Below are positions 24,087 to 33,637 of a DNA stretch of 64,000 nucleotides, in pieces. Under the pieces are notes generated by a model. That model saw nothing but the letters and a program-made list of their open reading frames with translations, was not told the origin of the DNA and did not search any database. Each line of letters opens with the position of its first letter. Position 1 is the stretch's first letter. The translations under genes and the position numbers were made by a program. The stretch spans positions 18,296 through 82,295 of the forward strand of contig DIHE01000157.1 in NCBI GenBank assembly GCA_002420005.1, written 5' to 3'. The stretch is from Holophagales bacterium UBA5704 (GTDB lineage: Bacteria; Acidobacteriota; Thermoanaerobaculia; Multivoradales; UBA5704).

Positions 24087-25358
24087 CTACAGGGGATCCC
24101 GCTCCAGGGGCATGGTCATGCAGTGCGGACCGCCCCGGGCGCGGGAGAGCTCGTTGTCGTACAGGGTGATGACGGTGGGGCCGCCGCCGAGCAGATCGCA
24201 CTCCTCCGCCATGGCGTCCTCCACGGTCAGAACGCGCCAGCCGCGGCGCCGCAGCTCGTCGAGCGTGCGGCGGTTGCGGCGGTAGAGCAGGATGACGCCC
24301 GGCGCCAGGGCGAACGAGTTGGCGCCGTCGGTCCACTGCTCGCGCTCCTGGTCGACCGCCTCCGGCCCGCCGCACGGCACCACCTCCAGCTCCAGACCCA
24401 GCTCCCGCAGAACCTTGAGGAACGAGCTGCGCAGCGTAAACGTGAGGTGCTTCGCGTGCAGGTCGACCACGTAGACGTGCGCCGACTCGGCGCCGCCCGG
24501 CTGGATGATCGGCAGGTGCGCCAGGCAGGTGTTGCGGTCGATCAAGGTGAAGACGGTGTCCAGGTGCATGTAGGAGCGCTTGCGGGGCAGCTCGACCAGG
24601 ATCAGATGGCGGAAGGAGGACTCCTTCTTGCGCAGATACTCGGCGAGCACCTCGGCGCCGCGCCGGTTGGTGCGCTCGGAGAGCCCGACCAGGACGATCT
24701 CCGGCGAGGCGACCAGGATGTCGCCGCCCTCCAGATCGGGATAGGGGAAAAACGGGTTGTGCTCCGGCGCCCCCGAGGGCGGGGTGTCGATGTCCAGCAC
24801 CGGCAGGCCGGCGAAGTCCGGATGGTGCCGGACGATCGTGCGGGTCAGCAGCGGCTCGCGCTCGCGCGCCGCGGTCGCCATCGACGAGATGACCAGCCGG
24901 TCGCCGACCACCGCCATGGGATCGCGCTGGAAGAAGTAGTTGGGCACCGGCTGGACGTCGAAGAACCGCGGCCGGCCGGCACCTGTTGCCTCCTGGGAGG
25001 CGGCGACGCCGCCGATCACCGCGGCACCCAGCTCGGCCGGCGGCAGGTCGGCCAGCCGCCGGACCATGTCCGGCGCTACGCCATACTCCCGCTCCAGCTC
25101 ACCGAGGAGCTCGTGGCGCGTCGCATCCGCGGCGAGGACGGTGGTGAGCAGGCTCTGGGAGTCGACCACCTCCACTCCGGCGCGCCGCAACACGCCGCAG
25201 AAGCTGTCGTGCTCCTCGCGGGCGTCCTCGCCATAGAGGATGTCGTCGAACAGGAGCTGCTCCATCATGGAGGGGACCATCAGGTCGATCTCGCGACCTG
25301 GGCGGTGGACGAGGACGCGCCGCAGGCGTCCGATTTCTGAATCGACTCGAACAGGCAT
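24087..25358 (-). CDS. arcA: Arginine deiminase
   Basis: 423 aa. N terminus VDSEIGRLRRVLVHRPG and C-terminal catalytic motif GGPHCMTMPLERD. Confidence 0.9.
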   Translation of the reverse strand: MPVRVDSEIGRLRRVLVHRPGREIDLMVPSMMEQLLFDDILYGEDAREEHDSFCGVLRRAGVEVVDSQSLLTTVLAADATRHELLGELEREYGVAPDMVRRLADLPPAELGAAVIGGVAASQEATGAGRPRFFDVQPVPNYFFQRDPMAVVGDRLVISSMATAAREREPLLTRTIVRHHPDFAGLPVLDIDTPPSGAPEHNPFFPYPDLEGGDILVASPEIVLVGLSERTNRRGAEVLAEYLRKKESSFRHLILVELPRKRSYMHLDTVFTLIDRNTCLAHLPIIQPGGAESAHVYVVDLHAKHLTFTLRSSFLKVLRELGLELEVVPCGGPEAVDQEREQWTDGANSFALAPGVILLYRRNRRTLDELRRRGWRVLTVEDAMAEECDLLGGGPTVITLYDNELSRARGGPHCMTMPLERDPL

Positions 25359-25452
25359 GATGGGATCCGATCTTGGAACCGAAGGCAGGGGCGAGCCCCC
25401 GGCAGGCGCAGGGGGGGATTGTAGCAGAACCGGCCGCCCGGCTGCGCGCTCC

Positions 25453-26346
25453 TTACGGCCCGGCCCGGAGAACCGGCGGCCCGAGGGGGACCGGCGAGCC
25501 GGGGGCCGGCTCGAGGGTGATGACCACGGCGGAGATGCCGGCCGGCATCTGGTCGGAGGCCATCTGGATCTTCGCGCCGCCCTGGGCGACCAGGGAACCG
25601 GCGTCCTGCGGTCCCTCGGGCGTCACCCACCAGAGCTTGTAGACCCCTCCCTCGGGAGCCGGCTGCAGGCCTTCCACCGAGAGGTACCAGTGCTGATGAT
25701 CCGGCGCCACGAACAGCAGGCCGCGGGCGTTCGGCTGGGCGTTGCCGACGGCGCGCAGCGGGCGGACGTCCACGGCGGGCGAGGTGACCAGGGTGAACTG
25801 GGAGCGCATCCGGTCGATCTCGGTGCGCGCCTGCCGTCCATCCTGCTCTGCGCGCAGAGCGATCTGTTGCTGCGCCACCAGGTCCTGGCGCAGGCGGTTG
25901 ATCTCGTCTCCCTGGCTCTGCGTCACCTGCCAGAGCCAGGCAGAGGTCCCGGCGAAGGCGAACGCCAGCGTCGCCGCGAGAGCGAGAGGCCACCGGCTCT
26001 GCCGCCGGGGGATCGGGCCCGGGGCCGGGCGGGGGGCCGGGCGCGCCGGCTCGGCGGCCGGAGGCGCGGGCGCGGGAGCCGCCACCAGGACGGGCCGGGA
26101 GTCTCCCGCCCGCAGGCCCGGCCCCGGGCCGAGGGACGCCAGAAGGCGCTCCCGGGAACCCGGGCTCGGCGCCACCGGTTCGAGCTCGCAAGGGAGAAGA
26201 CCCAGGACCTCGGCGTACAGGCGCGCCAGGGTCTCGGTGGTCTCGTCACCCCGCGCCTCGGACGCCGCCATCGGGTCGGCACCCTGCGTGAGGCTCTCGA
26301 TCGCCGCGAGAATCGTGGTGTCTTCCGGGTTCTGTTCCTGGCTCAC
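25453..26346 (-). CDS. Anti-sigma factor, RskA-like C-terminal domain
   Basis: Overlaps the upstream ECF sigma gene by 4 nt. Has a central TM segment (WPLALAATLAFAFAGTSAWLW). The C-terminal region ..WYLSVEGLQPAPEGGVYKLWWVTPEG..ISAVVITLEP resembles the anti-sigma-K (RskA) domain. Confidence 0.7.
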   Translation of the reverse strand: MSQEQNPEDTTILAAIESLTQGADPMAASEARGDETTETLARLYAEVLGLLPCELEPVAPSPGSRERLLASLGPGPGLRAGDSRPVLVAAPAPAPPAAEPARPAPRPAPGPIPRRQSRWPLALAATLAFAFAGTSAWLWQVTQSQGDEINRLRQDLVAQQQIALRAEQDGRQARTEIDRMRSQFTLVTSPAVDVRPLRAVGNAQPNARGLLFVAPDHQHWYLSVEGLQPAPEGGVYKLWWVTPEGPQDAGSLVAQGGAKIQMASDQMPAGISAVVITLEPAPGSPVPLGPPVLRAGP

Positions 26347-26948
26347 AGCAATTGCCTGATCTCGGCGCGCAGTGCGCTCCGCAGCTTCTTCATGGCCAAC
26401 AAGGTGCGCGTCTTGACCGTCCCCAGGGGGAGGTCCGCGCGCGCGGCGATCTCGGTCTGACTGAGCCCGTCGTAGAACGCCATCTCGAGGACCTGCCTCT
26501 GCTCCGGCGGCAGGTTGTCGAGCTCGCGCCGGACGCGCTCTCTTCGTTCCCTGATGAATACGGACTCGACCCCTTCGGGAGATGCATGCCCGTCGCCCGG
26601 AGCCTGCCGATGGGCCGACTCATGCGCCCGGTCCACCACCCCGCGATGGCGCAAACGGTCGATGGCGCGGCTGCGCGTGAGGAGCACCAGCCAGGTGGAG
26701 ACCGACGACCGGGAGGGATCGTAGTGCGCGGCATGATGCCAGACGTGCAGGAAGGCATCCTGGACCGCATCCTCCGCCTCCCCTGCGGCGCTCAGAATGC
26801 GGCGGGCGAGGGCCAGGAGCTGCGGGGCGTGGCGGTCATGCAGCGCACCGAGCGCCTCTGGCCTCCGTTCGCCGATCAGGCGCAACAGGGCCGCATCCGT
26901 CAAGGGAGCAGCGCTGGTCTCGGTGGCGATGGGGCTCGTCTCCGGCAT
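26343..26948 (-). CDS. ECF-type RNA polymerase sigma factor
   Basis: Region 2 (DAVQDAFLHVWHHAAHYDP..STWLVLLTRSRAIDRLR) and region 4 (LPPEQRQVLEMAFYDGLSQTEIAARADLPLGTVKTRTLLAMKKLR). Confidence 0.88.
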   Translation of the reverse strand: MPETSPIATETSAAPLTDAALLRLIGERRPEALGALHDRHAPQLLALARRILSAAGEAEDAVQDAFLHVWHHAAHYDPSRSSVSTWLVLLTRSRAIDRLRHRGVVDRAHESAHRQAPGDGHASPEGVESVFIRERRERVRRELDNLPPEQRQVLEMAFYDGLSQTEIAARADLPLGTVKTRTLLAMKKLRSALRAEIRQLL

Positions 26949-26985
26949 GGTGTGGCGTACCGCCGCGGCGAGCGCCTAGGATAGC

Positions 26986-27399
26986 ATGGCGCCCATGAGC
27001 GAACCTTCTTTCAGCCCACCCACGGGACCGATGCAGCCGGCGATCCGCGTCCTCATGATGCCCAAGGACACCAATGCCCTGGGCACCATCTTCGGCGGCA
27101 TCATCCTTTCCTATATCGACCAGGCAGGCGCCGTGGAGGCCCACCGGCACACTCCGGGCCGCCTGGTGACCGTGGCGCTGCGCGAGGTGGTGTTCCACGC
27201 TCCGGTCTTCGTCGGCGATCTGGTGAGCTTTTTCACCGAGACGCTGCGCCTCGGCCGCACCTCGGTGAGCGTCAAGGTGACCGTCGAAGCCGAGCGCGGC
27301 TACCAGGGAACCGGCCGGGTCAAAGTGACGGAGGCGGAGATCGTCTACGTCCACGTCGACACCAACAACCAGCCGGTGCCGATCGCAGGCGGCGGCTGA
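26986..27399 (+). CDS. Acyl-CoA thioesterase, hotdog fold (YciA-like)
   Basis: 137 aa with MPKDTNALGTIFGGIILSYIDQAG...VVFHAPVFVGDLV. The start could be a downstream Met. Confidence 0.8.
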   Translation: MAPMSEPSFSPPTGPMQPAIRVLMMPKDTNALGTIFGGIILSYIDQAGAVEAHRHTPGRLVTVALREVVFHAPVFVGDLVSFFTETLRLGRTSVSVKVTVEAERGYQGTGRVKVTEAEIVYVHVDTNNQPVPIAGGG

Positions 27400-27442
27400 C
27401 CGAAAACGACCCGTCAGCTCCGATGGCGACCCCGCCCCCCCC

Positions 27443-28609
27443 ATGAAGCTCCTCCACGTCGTCCCCACCTACGTCCCGGCCTGGAAGCATGGCGGGCCGA
27501 TCCGGTCGGTGCATGGGCTGTGCAAGGCTCTCGCGGCGCGGGGGCATGAGGTGACCGTGTTCACCACGGACGTGGATACCGGCGGTGCCGTGCCGGTGGG
27601 AGAGGCCGTGGCGCTGGACGGCGTGGAGGTCTGGTACTTCCCGGTGACCACGCCGCGGCGGCTGTACCGGTCTCCTGCGATGGGCGAGGCCTTGCGGCGG
27701 CGGATGGCGGAGTGGGACGCGGTGCATCTCCACTCCGTCTTCCTGTGGCCGACCTCGGCTGCGGCGCGGGTCGCCGAACGGGCCGGGGTGCCGTATCTGG
27801 TCGCGCCGCGCGGGATGCTGGTGGCCGATCTGCTGCGGCGCCGCGGCCGGTGGCGCAAGGCCGCCTGGTTGCGCCTGGTCGAGCGGCGGACCCTCTCCCG
27901 CGCGGCGGGTCTGCACGTCACGGCCGAGCTGGAAGCCGCGGAAGCGCAGAAGCTCGGCCTCCCGCTCCCTCCTGTGTTCGTCGTCCCGAACGGCATCGAG
28001 CCCGAGCCGGTCCCGGCAGACGCCGCGCTCGCGGCGCCGGTGCGCGGTCTCCTCGACGGTGGCCCCTTCCTTTTATATATCGGCCGCCTGAGCTGGAAGA
28101 AGGGCCTCGACCGGCTGATCCCGGCCCTGGGCCACGTCCCCGGCGCGGTTCTCGCCGTGGCCGGCAATGACGAGGAGGGGATCCGCCCGCGCCTGGAGGC
28201 CCTGGCGCGCGAGGCGGGCGTCGCCGGCCGGGTGGTCTTCCTCGGGCCGGTGGACGGCGCCGACAAAGCCGCGCTCCTGCATGGATGCGCCGCCCTCGCC
28301 CTCTCCTCGTACTCGGAGAACTTCGGCAACGCCGTGCTCGAAGCCATGGCCGCCGGCCGGCCGGTGGTGGTGACCCCGGAGGTCGGCCTGGCCGACGTCG
28401 TCCGCGAAGAGCGGGCCGGTCTCGTGGCGGACGGTGACCCGGCGCTCCTCGGCGCGGCCCTCGGCGCGCTGCTCGCCGATCCGGAACGCGAAGCGATGGG
28501 GCGGCGCGGTGCCGAGGCGGCGCGCCGGCGGTTCGGGTGGGCGGCGGTGGCGGCGGAGATGGAGGCGGTGTATCGCGTGGTATCCTCGGGAACGATTTGC
28601 GCAAGATGA
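27443..28609 (+). CDS. Glycosyltransferase family 4
   Basis: MKLLHVVPTYVPAWKHGGPIRSV at the N terminus and an E-x7-E region SYSENFGNAVLEAMAAGRPVVVT. Confidence 0.85.
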   Translation: MKLLHVVPTYVPAWKHGGPIRSVHGLCKALAARGHEVTVFTTDVDTGGAVPVGEAVALDGVEVWYFPVTTPRRLYRSPAMGEALRRRMAEWDAVHLHSVFLWPTSAAARVAERAGVPYLVAPRGMLVADLLRRRGRWRKAAWLRLVERRTLSRAAGLHVTAELEAAEAQKLGLPLPPVFVVPNGIEPEPVPADAALAAPVRGLLDGGPFLLYIGRLSWKKGLDRLIPALGHVPGAVLAVAGNDEEGIRPRLEALAREAGVAGRVVFLGPVDGADKAALLHGCAALALSSYSENFGNAVLEAMAAGRPVVVTPEVGLADVVREERAGLVADGDPALLGAALGALLADPEREAMGRRGAEAARRRFGWAAVAAEMEAVYRVVSSGTICAR

Positions 28610-28645
28610 CTTCTTCGCCGGCACCTGGTTGCTGATCCGGATCGG

Positions 28646-29773
28646 GTGATGCGCATAACCTTCGTCGTCGAGCGGCCGACCCAGTTCGAGGTCCCGTTCT
28701 ATCGCTTCGCCGCGGCGGACCCCGTGCACCGGCTGCGCGTCCTCTACACCGATCCCCGCGGCGCCGAGCCGGTCTATGACCCCGAGCTCGGGCAGACCGT
28801 GTCCTGGGGGATGGACCTGCGGGCCGGTTATGAGCACGCCGTCTGCCCCGATGCCGGAGCCCTGCGGCGCGAGCTGCTCCGGGATCGGCCGGACCTGGTC
28901 CTGGTCAACGGGTACACCCAGCGGCTGTACGTGCTGGCCGCCGCGCTCGCCCGGAGCGCCGGGACGCCGGTCGGCCTGCGCCTCGATTCGGCCCTGTTCG
29001 CCACCCCGCCGCCGCGCGAGCGGGTGAAGCGGCTGCTCTTCGCGCTCTATCTGAAACCGATGTACCGCCTGTTCTTCGGCGTCGGCAGCCTGAGCCTCGA
29101 CTATCTGCGCCATTTCGGCGTTCCGGAGGAGCGGCTCGCCCTGTTTCCCTATGCGGTGGACGTGGACGCCTTCCGCCGGGCCTCCGCCCTCACGCCGGAC
29201 GGGCGCGCCGCGGCGCGGGCACGCCTTGGCATCCCGGCGGACGCCCGGGTGCTCCTCGCCGTGTCCAAGCTCAGCCCGCGCGAGGCGCCGTGGGACCTGC
29301 TGCGCGCCGCCCGCCCCGACGACGGCCGGTGGATCGTCCTCGCCGGAGACGGCCCGGAGCGCGGCGCCCTGGAGGCGCTGGCCCGGGAGCGCGGGCTCGA
29401 CCGGGTGCGCTTCCTCGGCTACGTCCCCTATCCCGAGCTGCCGGTCCTCTATGGCCTGGCGGACCTCTTCCTGCATCCGGCCCGCGAGGAGCGCTGGGGC
29501 GTTTCGGTGCAGGAGGCGCTCGCCTGTGGCCTGCCGGTCGTCACCTCGTCGCGGGTGGGCGCGGCGCGCGACCTGATCCGCCCGGGCGTGAATGGCGCCA
29601 CCTACACCGCCGGGGACGCGGACGCGCTGGCGCGGCGGATCGACGAGGTGCTGCACCTCGCTCCGGCCGCGGTCGCCGCGGTGAACCGGCGGATTCTAGA
29701 AGACTGGGACTATTCGGCCACCTGGCGCGGTATCCTTCAGGCGGCTTCCCGCATGACCGGAGAAAGAGCTTGA
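28646..29773 (+). CDS. Glycosyltransferase (GT4-like)
   Basis: E-x7-E region EERWGVSVQEALACGLPVVTS within a 375 aa GT-B-like layout. Confidence 0.75.
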   Translation: MMRITFVVERPTQFEVPFYRFAAADPVHRLRVLYTDPRGAEPVYDPELGQTVSWGMDLRAGYEHAVCPDAGALRRELLRDRPDLVLVNGYTQRLYVLAAALARSAGTPVGLRLDSALFATPPPRERVKRLLFALYLKPMYRLFFGVGSLSLDYLRHFGVPEERLALFPYAVDVDAFRRASALTPDGRAAARARLGIPADARVLLAVSKLSPREAPWDLLRAARPDDGRWIVLAGDGPERGALEALARERGLDRVRFLGYVPYPELPVLYGLADLFLHPAREERWGVSVQEALACGLPVVTSSRVGAARDLIRPGVNGATYTAGDADALARRIDEVLHLAPAAVAAVNRRILEDWDYSATWRGILQAASRMTGERA

Positions 29774-30633
29774 GTGGCAATGTCCCATTGACCGTGCTGG
29801 TCACGACCCGCAACGAGGAGCTCAACCTGGAGCGCACCCTGCAGAGCGTGCACGGCTTCGCCGACCAGATCCTGGTGATCGATTCGGAGAGCACCGACCG
29901 CACGCAGGAGATCGCCCGGCAATGGGCGGACGAGGTGCACAACCTCCCTTATGAGCACGGCCGGATCATCCCCTGGATCTTTCAGTGGGGCCTCGAGCAC
30001 CTGCCGATCCGCAACGAATGGATCCTGATCCTGGAGGCGGACCAGGCGGTGACACCGGCGCTCCGCGCGGAGATCGCGGCGCTCCTGGCGCGGCCGGAGA
30101 TCCGCGAGAACGGCTTCTACCTGCGGCGGCGCCAGATCTTCCGCGGCAAGCCGCTGCGCTTCGGCGGCTATGGCGGCAAGCATCTGATGAAGCTGTTCCG
30201 GCGCGGCCACGGAGCGCTCGATCCGGTCGAGCAGGACACCCGGGTGTACATCCAGGGCCCGGTGGGACGCCTGCGCGCGCCGCTCGAGGAGCACAACCGC
30301 AAGGAAGACTCGATCCTGTTCTACCTGGAGAAACACCTGCGCTACGCCGACGCCTTCGCGCGCGAAGAGGTGGAGCGCCGCCGCGGGCTTCCCTGGCGGA
30401 TCACGCCGCGCTTGTTCGGCGCTCCCGACGAGCGGGTGCTGTGGCTGAAGACGCTGTGGTACCGGATGCCGCTGTACGTGCGGCCGTTCCTCTATTTCAT
30501 CTACCGGTACTTCGTCCTGCTCGGCATCCTGGACGGCAAGAACGGGCTGATCTTCCACTTTCTGCAGGCATTCTGGTTCCGCTTCGTGGTGGACGTGCGG
30601 CTGGACGAGCTGCAACAGCGCCAGGATCCCTGA
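29770..30633 (+). CDS. Glycosyltransferase family 2
   Basis: LTVLVTTRNEELNLERTLQSV..ILVIDSESTDRT..ILILEADQ. I chose TTG at 29770 because it overlaps the upstream TGA (29771-29773). The start may instead be TTG 29788 or GTG 29794. Confidence 0.8.
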   Translation: MSGNVPLTVLVTTRNEELNLERTLQSVHGFADQILVIDSESTDRTQEIARQWADEVHNLPYEHGRIIPWIFQWGLEHLPIRNEWILILEADQAVTPALRAEIAALLARPEIRENGFYLRRRQIFRGKPLRFGGYGGKHLMKLFRRGHGALDPVEQDTRVYIQGPVGRLRAPLEEHNRKEDSILFYLEKHLRYADAFAREEVERRRGLPWRITPRLFGAPDERVLWLKTLWYRMPLYVRPFLYFIYRYFVLLGILDGKNGLIFHFLQAFWFRFVVDVRLDELQQRQDP

Positions 30634-31862
30634 TGCGCCGCAAGGAGGTGCTTCTCCGGTCTCTCCTCCTGGGGACGTCGCTCACCCTCGGCCTCGCGGC
30701 CGCCGAGCTGGTCGCCCGCAGGACCTATGGCCCCGGCTTCCTCTCGCTCGTCGACCCGTACGAGCACCATCCGTACCGGCCCTTCGCCCACTACAGGGAC
30801 GTGCGAAACGGCATCGAGATCTCCACCAACTCCCTCGGTTGGAAAGACGTGGAGCAGCGCGTCGTGGCGCAGCGCTTCGCAGGCCGGCGCATCGTCGTGC
30901 TGGGCGATTCCTTCGCCGAAGGGCTGGGCCTGCCGGCCGGCGACGCCATCCCTGCCCGGCTCGAAGCCTTGCTGCGCCGGCGCGGCCTTGCCGTGGAGGT
31001 GCTGAACGGCGGCCGGGTGTCGTATTCACCGCTCGTCGAATATCAGAGGCTGCGGCGCTTCTTTGCCGCCGGTTACCGCACGGACGTGGTCGTGGTGATG
31101 CCCGACCTCTCGGACCTGCAAGACGACCTGAGCTACGCGCAAGAATACGTGCTCGCCGCCGATGGCTCGCCGACGGTGCTGCGCAGTGGCGCCTACTCGC
31201 CGTTCGTGCGATGGATCTACAATCACTTCGCTCTCGCCCGGGCCGTCCGCCGTCTCCATCTGCGGCTGCGCGGGGAAGCGATCGCCCCCGGCGAGACCGC
31301 CCATGGGGCGCGGGAGATCGTCCTCACCGCCGAGGAGAAGGCGGCGCTCGCCGACCCGGCCCCGCTGACGCTCGAACGCTACGCCACGCTGCCCGGCCCG
31401 GTGCGGGCCGTCTTGCGCTCCAACTGGATCGATCATGCGCCGAGCCGTGAAGGCTGGGCGGGCGCCGGTCTGGGCCGCATGGAGGCCAACCTGGAGCGGA
31501 TCGCCCGCCTCGCCGCGGCGCACGGTGCGCAGACGTGGGTGGTTCTCTACCCCTATCCGCAAGGCCTCTACATGGACCGCCACCTGTACCGCCGGCTGGT
31601 CGAACGCTTCCCCCGCTGGTTTCGCGAACGGGCCGCCGTGGCCGGTCACGCGCCCGGCGACGGTGCCCGCGCCTGGAGGGAGCCGTTGCTGCGCTGGGGG
31701 CGGCTGCACAACGTCCCGGTCCTCGACCTGTGGCCGGTGTTCTTGCAGCAGAGCGACTGGCCCGGGCTCTTCCAGGCCGGCGACGTTCACTTCAATGCCG
31801 CCGGCTGCCGCCTGGTGGCCTATCATCTCGCCGAGGCCCTCGGCACAACCACGAAGCTTTAA
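30633..31862 (+). CDS. SGNH/GDSL-like hydrolase-fold protein with N-terminal membrane anchor
   Basis: ATG at 30633 overlaps the upstream TGA by 1 nt. Hydrophobic N terminus. Block I RIVVLGDSFAEGLG and block V-like GDVHFNAAG. Confidence 0.6.
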   Translation: MRRKEVLLRSLLLGTSLTLGLAAAELVARRTYGPGFLSLVDPYEHHPYRPFAHYRDVRNGIEISTNSLGWKDVEQRVVAQRFAGRRIVVLGDSFAEGLGLPAGDAIPARLEALLRRRGLAVEVLNGGRVSYSPLVEYQRLRRFFAAGYRTDVVVVMPDLSDLQDDLSYAQEYVLAADGSPTVLRSGAYSPFVRWIYNHFALARAVRRLHLRLRGEAIAPGETAHGAREIVLTAEEKAALADPAPLTLERYATLPGPVRAVLRSNWIDHAPSREGWAGAGLGRMEANLERIARLAAAHGAQTWVVLYPYPQGLYMDRHLYRRLVERFPRWFRERAAVAGHAPGDGARAWREPLLRWGRLHNVPVLDLWPVFLQQSDWPGLFQAGDVHFNAAGCRLVAYHLAEALGTTTKL

Positions 31863-31867
31863 GCACC

Positions 31868-33637
31868 ATGACGCAGCGCATCCTCGGTCTTTCCGCCTTC
31901 CACGCCGACGCCTCGGCCGCCGCGGTTCAGGACGGCCGCTTCCTCGCCGGAGTCGAGGAGGAGCGCTTCCGGCGGATCAAGCACTGGGCCGGGTTTCCGG
32001 AGCAGGCGCTGCGCTTCTGCCTGGCCGAGCTGGGGGTGGAGATGGCCGGGGTGGAGGCCCTGGCGGTGTCGCGCCAGCCGCGCGCCTATTTCCTGCGCAA
32101 GGCGCTGCTCGCCCTGACGCACCCCAGGAGCCTGCGGCGCGCCGCCGGGCGGGTGCGCAACCTGGCACAGATCCAGTCTCTGGAGGAGCGCATCGCCGCC
32201 GCCTTCGGCCGCTCGCCGCGCGTCCATCCGGTGGAGCACCACCTGGCGCACGTCGCCTCGGCCTTCTTCTGCTCGCCGTTCGAGGACGCCATGTGCCTCA
32301 CCGTCGACGGCTTCGGCGACTTCGTCTCGACGATGCTCGCGGTGGGCCGCGGCACCTCGGTCGAGGTGCTGCAGCGGGTGCATTTCCCGCACTCGCTCGG
32401 GCTGTTCTATTCGGCGATCACCCAATTCGCCGGCTTCCCCGGCTTCGGCGACGAGTACAAGGTGATGGGCCTCGCGGCCTACGGCGAGCCCACCTTCGTG
32501 CGCGAGCTGCGGCAGGTGGTCCCCGCCCGGCCCGACGGCACGTTCGTCCTCGACCTGCGCTACTTCCGCCACCTCTCCGAAGGCGTGGACATGACCTGGG
32601 AGGACGGCTCGCCCGAGATCGGCCGCATCTACACGCCGGCCCTGGAAGAGCTGCTCGGCCCGGCCCGCCGACCAGACGAGGAGCTGACCCAGCGCCACAA
32701 GGACCTCGCCGCTTCGCTCCAGGCGGTCTACGAGGAGCGCTTCTTCGCCCTGGTGCGGGCGCTGCAGCGCCGCACCGGCCTCCCCCGCCTCGCCCTGGCC
32801 GGCGGCTGTGCCATGAATTCGCTCGCCAACGGCAAGCTGTTCGACCGGACGGACGTCGAGGACGTCTACGTCCAGGCCGCGGCGGGGGACGCCGGAACGT
32901 CCCTCGGAGCCGCTCTCTGGGTGCAGCACGTCGAGCTGGGGGCGCCGCGCGGCTTCGTGATGGAGCACTGCTCGTGGGGTCCGCGCTACGGGGAGGCGGA
33001 GATCCGTGCCGCGCTCGCCGAGCGCCTGCCGGGCTCCGGCGGCCGGGACGGAGCCCATCCGCACGGAGGGGGAGAGATCCGGGTCACCGCCGAGCCGGAC
33101 GAGGACCTCCTGTGCGCCGCGACCGCCGCCGCCATCGCCCGCGGCGAGGTGGTCGGCTGGTACCAGGGCCGCTCCGAATGGGGACCGCGCGCGCTCGGCA
33201 ACCGCTCGATCGTCGGCGATCCACGGCGCGCCGACATGAAGGACATCCTCAATCTGAAGATCAAGCGGCGGGAGTCGTTCCGCCCGTTCGCCCCCTCGAT
33301 CCTGGAGGAGCGCACCGCGGAGTGGTTCACCTGCGCCTACCCCGACCCGTTCATGATCAAGGTCTATCCGATCCGCCCGGAGAAGCGCCCGCTGGTCCCC
33401 GCGGTGACCCACGTGGACGGCACCGGCCGGTTGCAGACCGTCTCGGCGCGCGCCAATCCGCGCTACTGGAAGCTGATCCGCGCCTTCGAGGTGGAGACCG
33501 GGGTGCCGATGGTGCTCAACACCTCGTTCAATGAGAACGAGCCGATCGTCAACACTCCCGGCGAGGCGCTCGACTGCTTCCTGCGCACCCGCATGGACCG
33601 GCTGGTGCTCGGCGACGTGGTGGTGTCGCGGACGTGA
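31868..33637 (+). CDS. Carbamoyltransferase (NodU/CmcH family)
   Basis: MTQRILGLSAFHADASAAAVQDGRFLAGVEEERFRRIKH...GWYQGRSEWGPRALGNRSI...VLNTSFNENEPIV. Confidence 0.9.
   Translation: MTQRILGLSAFHADASAAAVQDGRFLAGVEEERFRRIKHWAGFPEQALRFCLAELGVEMAGVEALAVSRQPRAYFLRKALLALTHPRSLRRAAGRVRNLAQIQSLEERIAAAFGRSPRVHPVEHHLAHVASAFFCSPFEDAMCLTVDGFGDFVSTMLAVGRGTSVEVLQRVHFPHSLGLFYSAITQFAGFPGFGDEYKVMGLAAYGEPTFVRELRQVVPARPDGTFVLDLRYFRHLSEGVDMTWEDGSPEIGRIYTPALEELLGPARRPDEELTQRHKDLAASLQAVYEERFFALVRALQRRTGLPRLALAGGCAMNSLANGKLFDRTDVEDVYVQAAAGDAGTSLGAALWVQHVELGAPRGFVMEHCSWGPRYGEAEIRAALAERLPGSGGRDGAHPHGGGEIRVTAEPDEDLLCAATAAAIARGEVVGWYQGRSEWGPRALGNRSIVGDPRRADMKDILNLKIKRRESFRPFAPSILEERTAEWFTCAYPDPFMIKVYPIRPEKRPLVPAVTHVDGTGRLQTVSARANPRYWKLIRAFEVETGVPMVLNTSFNENEPIVNTPGEALDCFLRTRMDRLVLGDVVVSRT

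Noticed and set aside
23107-25358. A complete arginine deiminase pathway
   Set aside because: Only arcA and an ornithine carbamoyltransferase are present. No carbamate kinase or arginine/ornithine antiporter is visible in the window, so I do not claim the full pathway.
25240-26460. Overlapping ORFs 25240..26460 (+), 25280..26191 (-) and others around the anti-sigma gene
   Set aside because: These are low-complexity Arg/Pro/Gly translations. The 25453..26346 minus frame has a TM segment and an RskA-like C-terminal domain, and is coupled to the ECF sigma gene by a 4-nt overlap.
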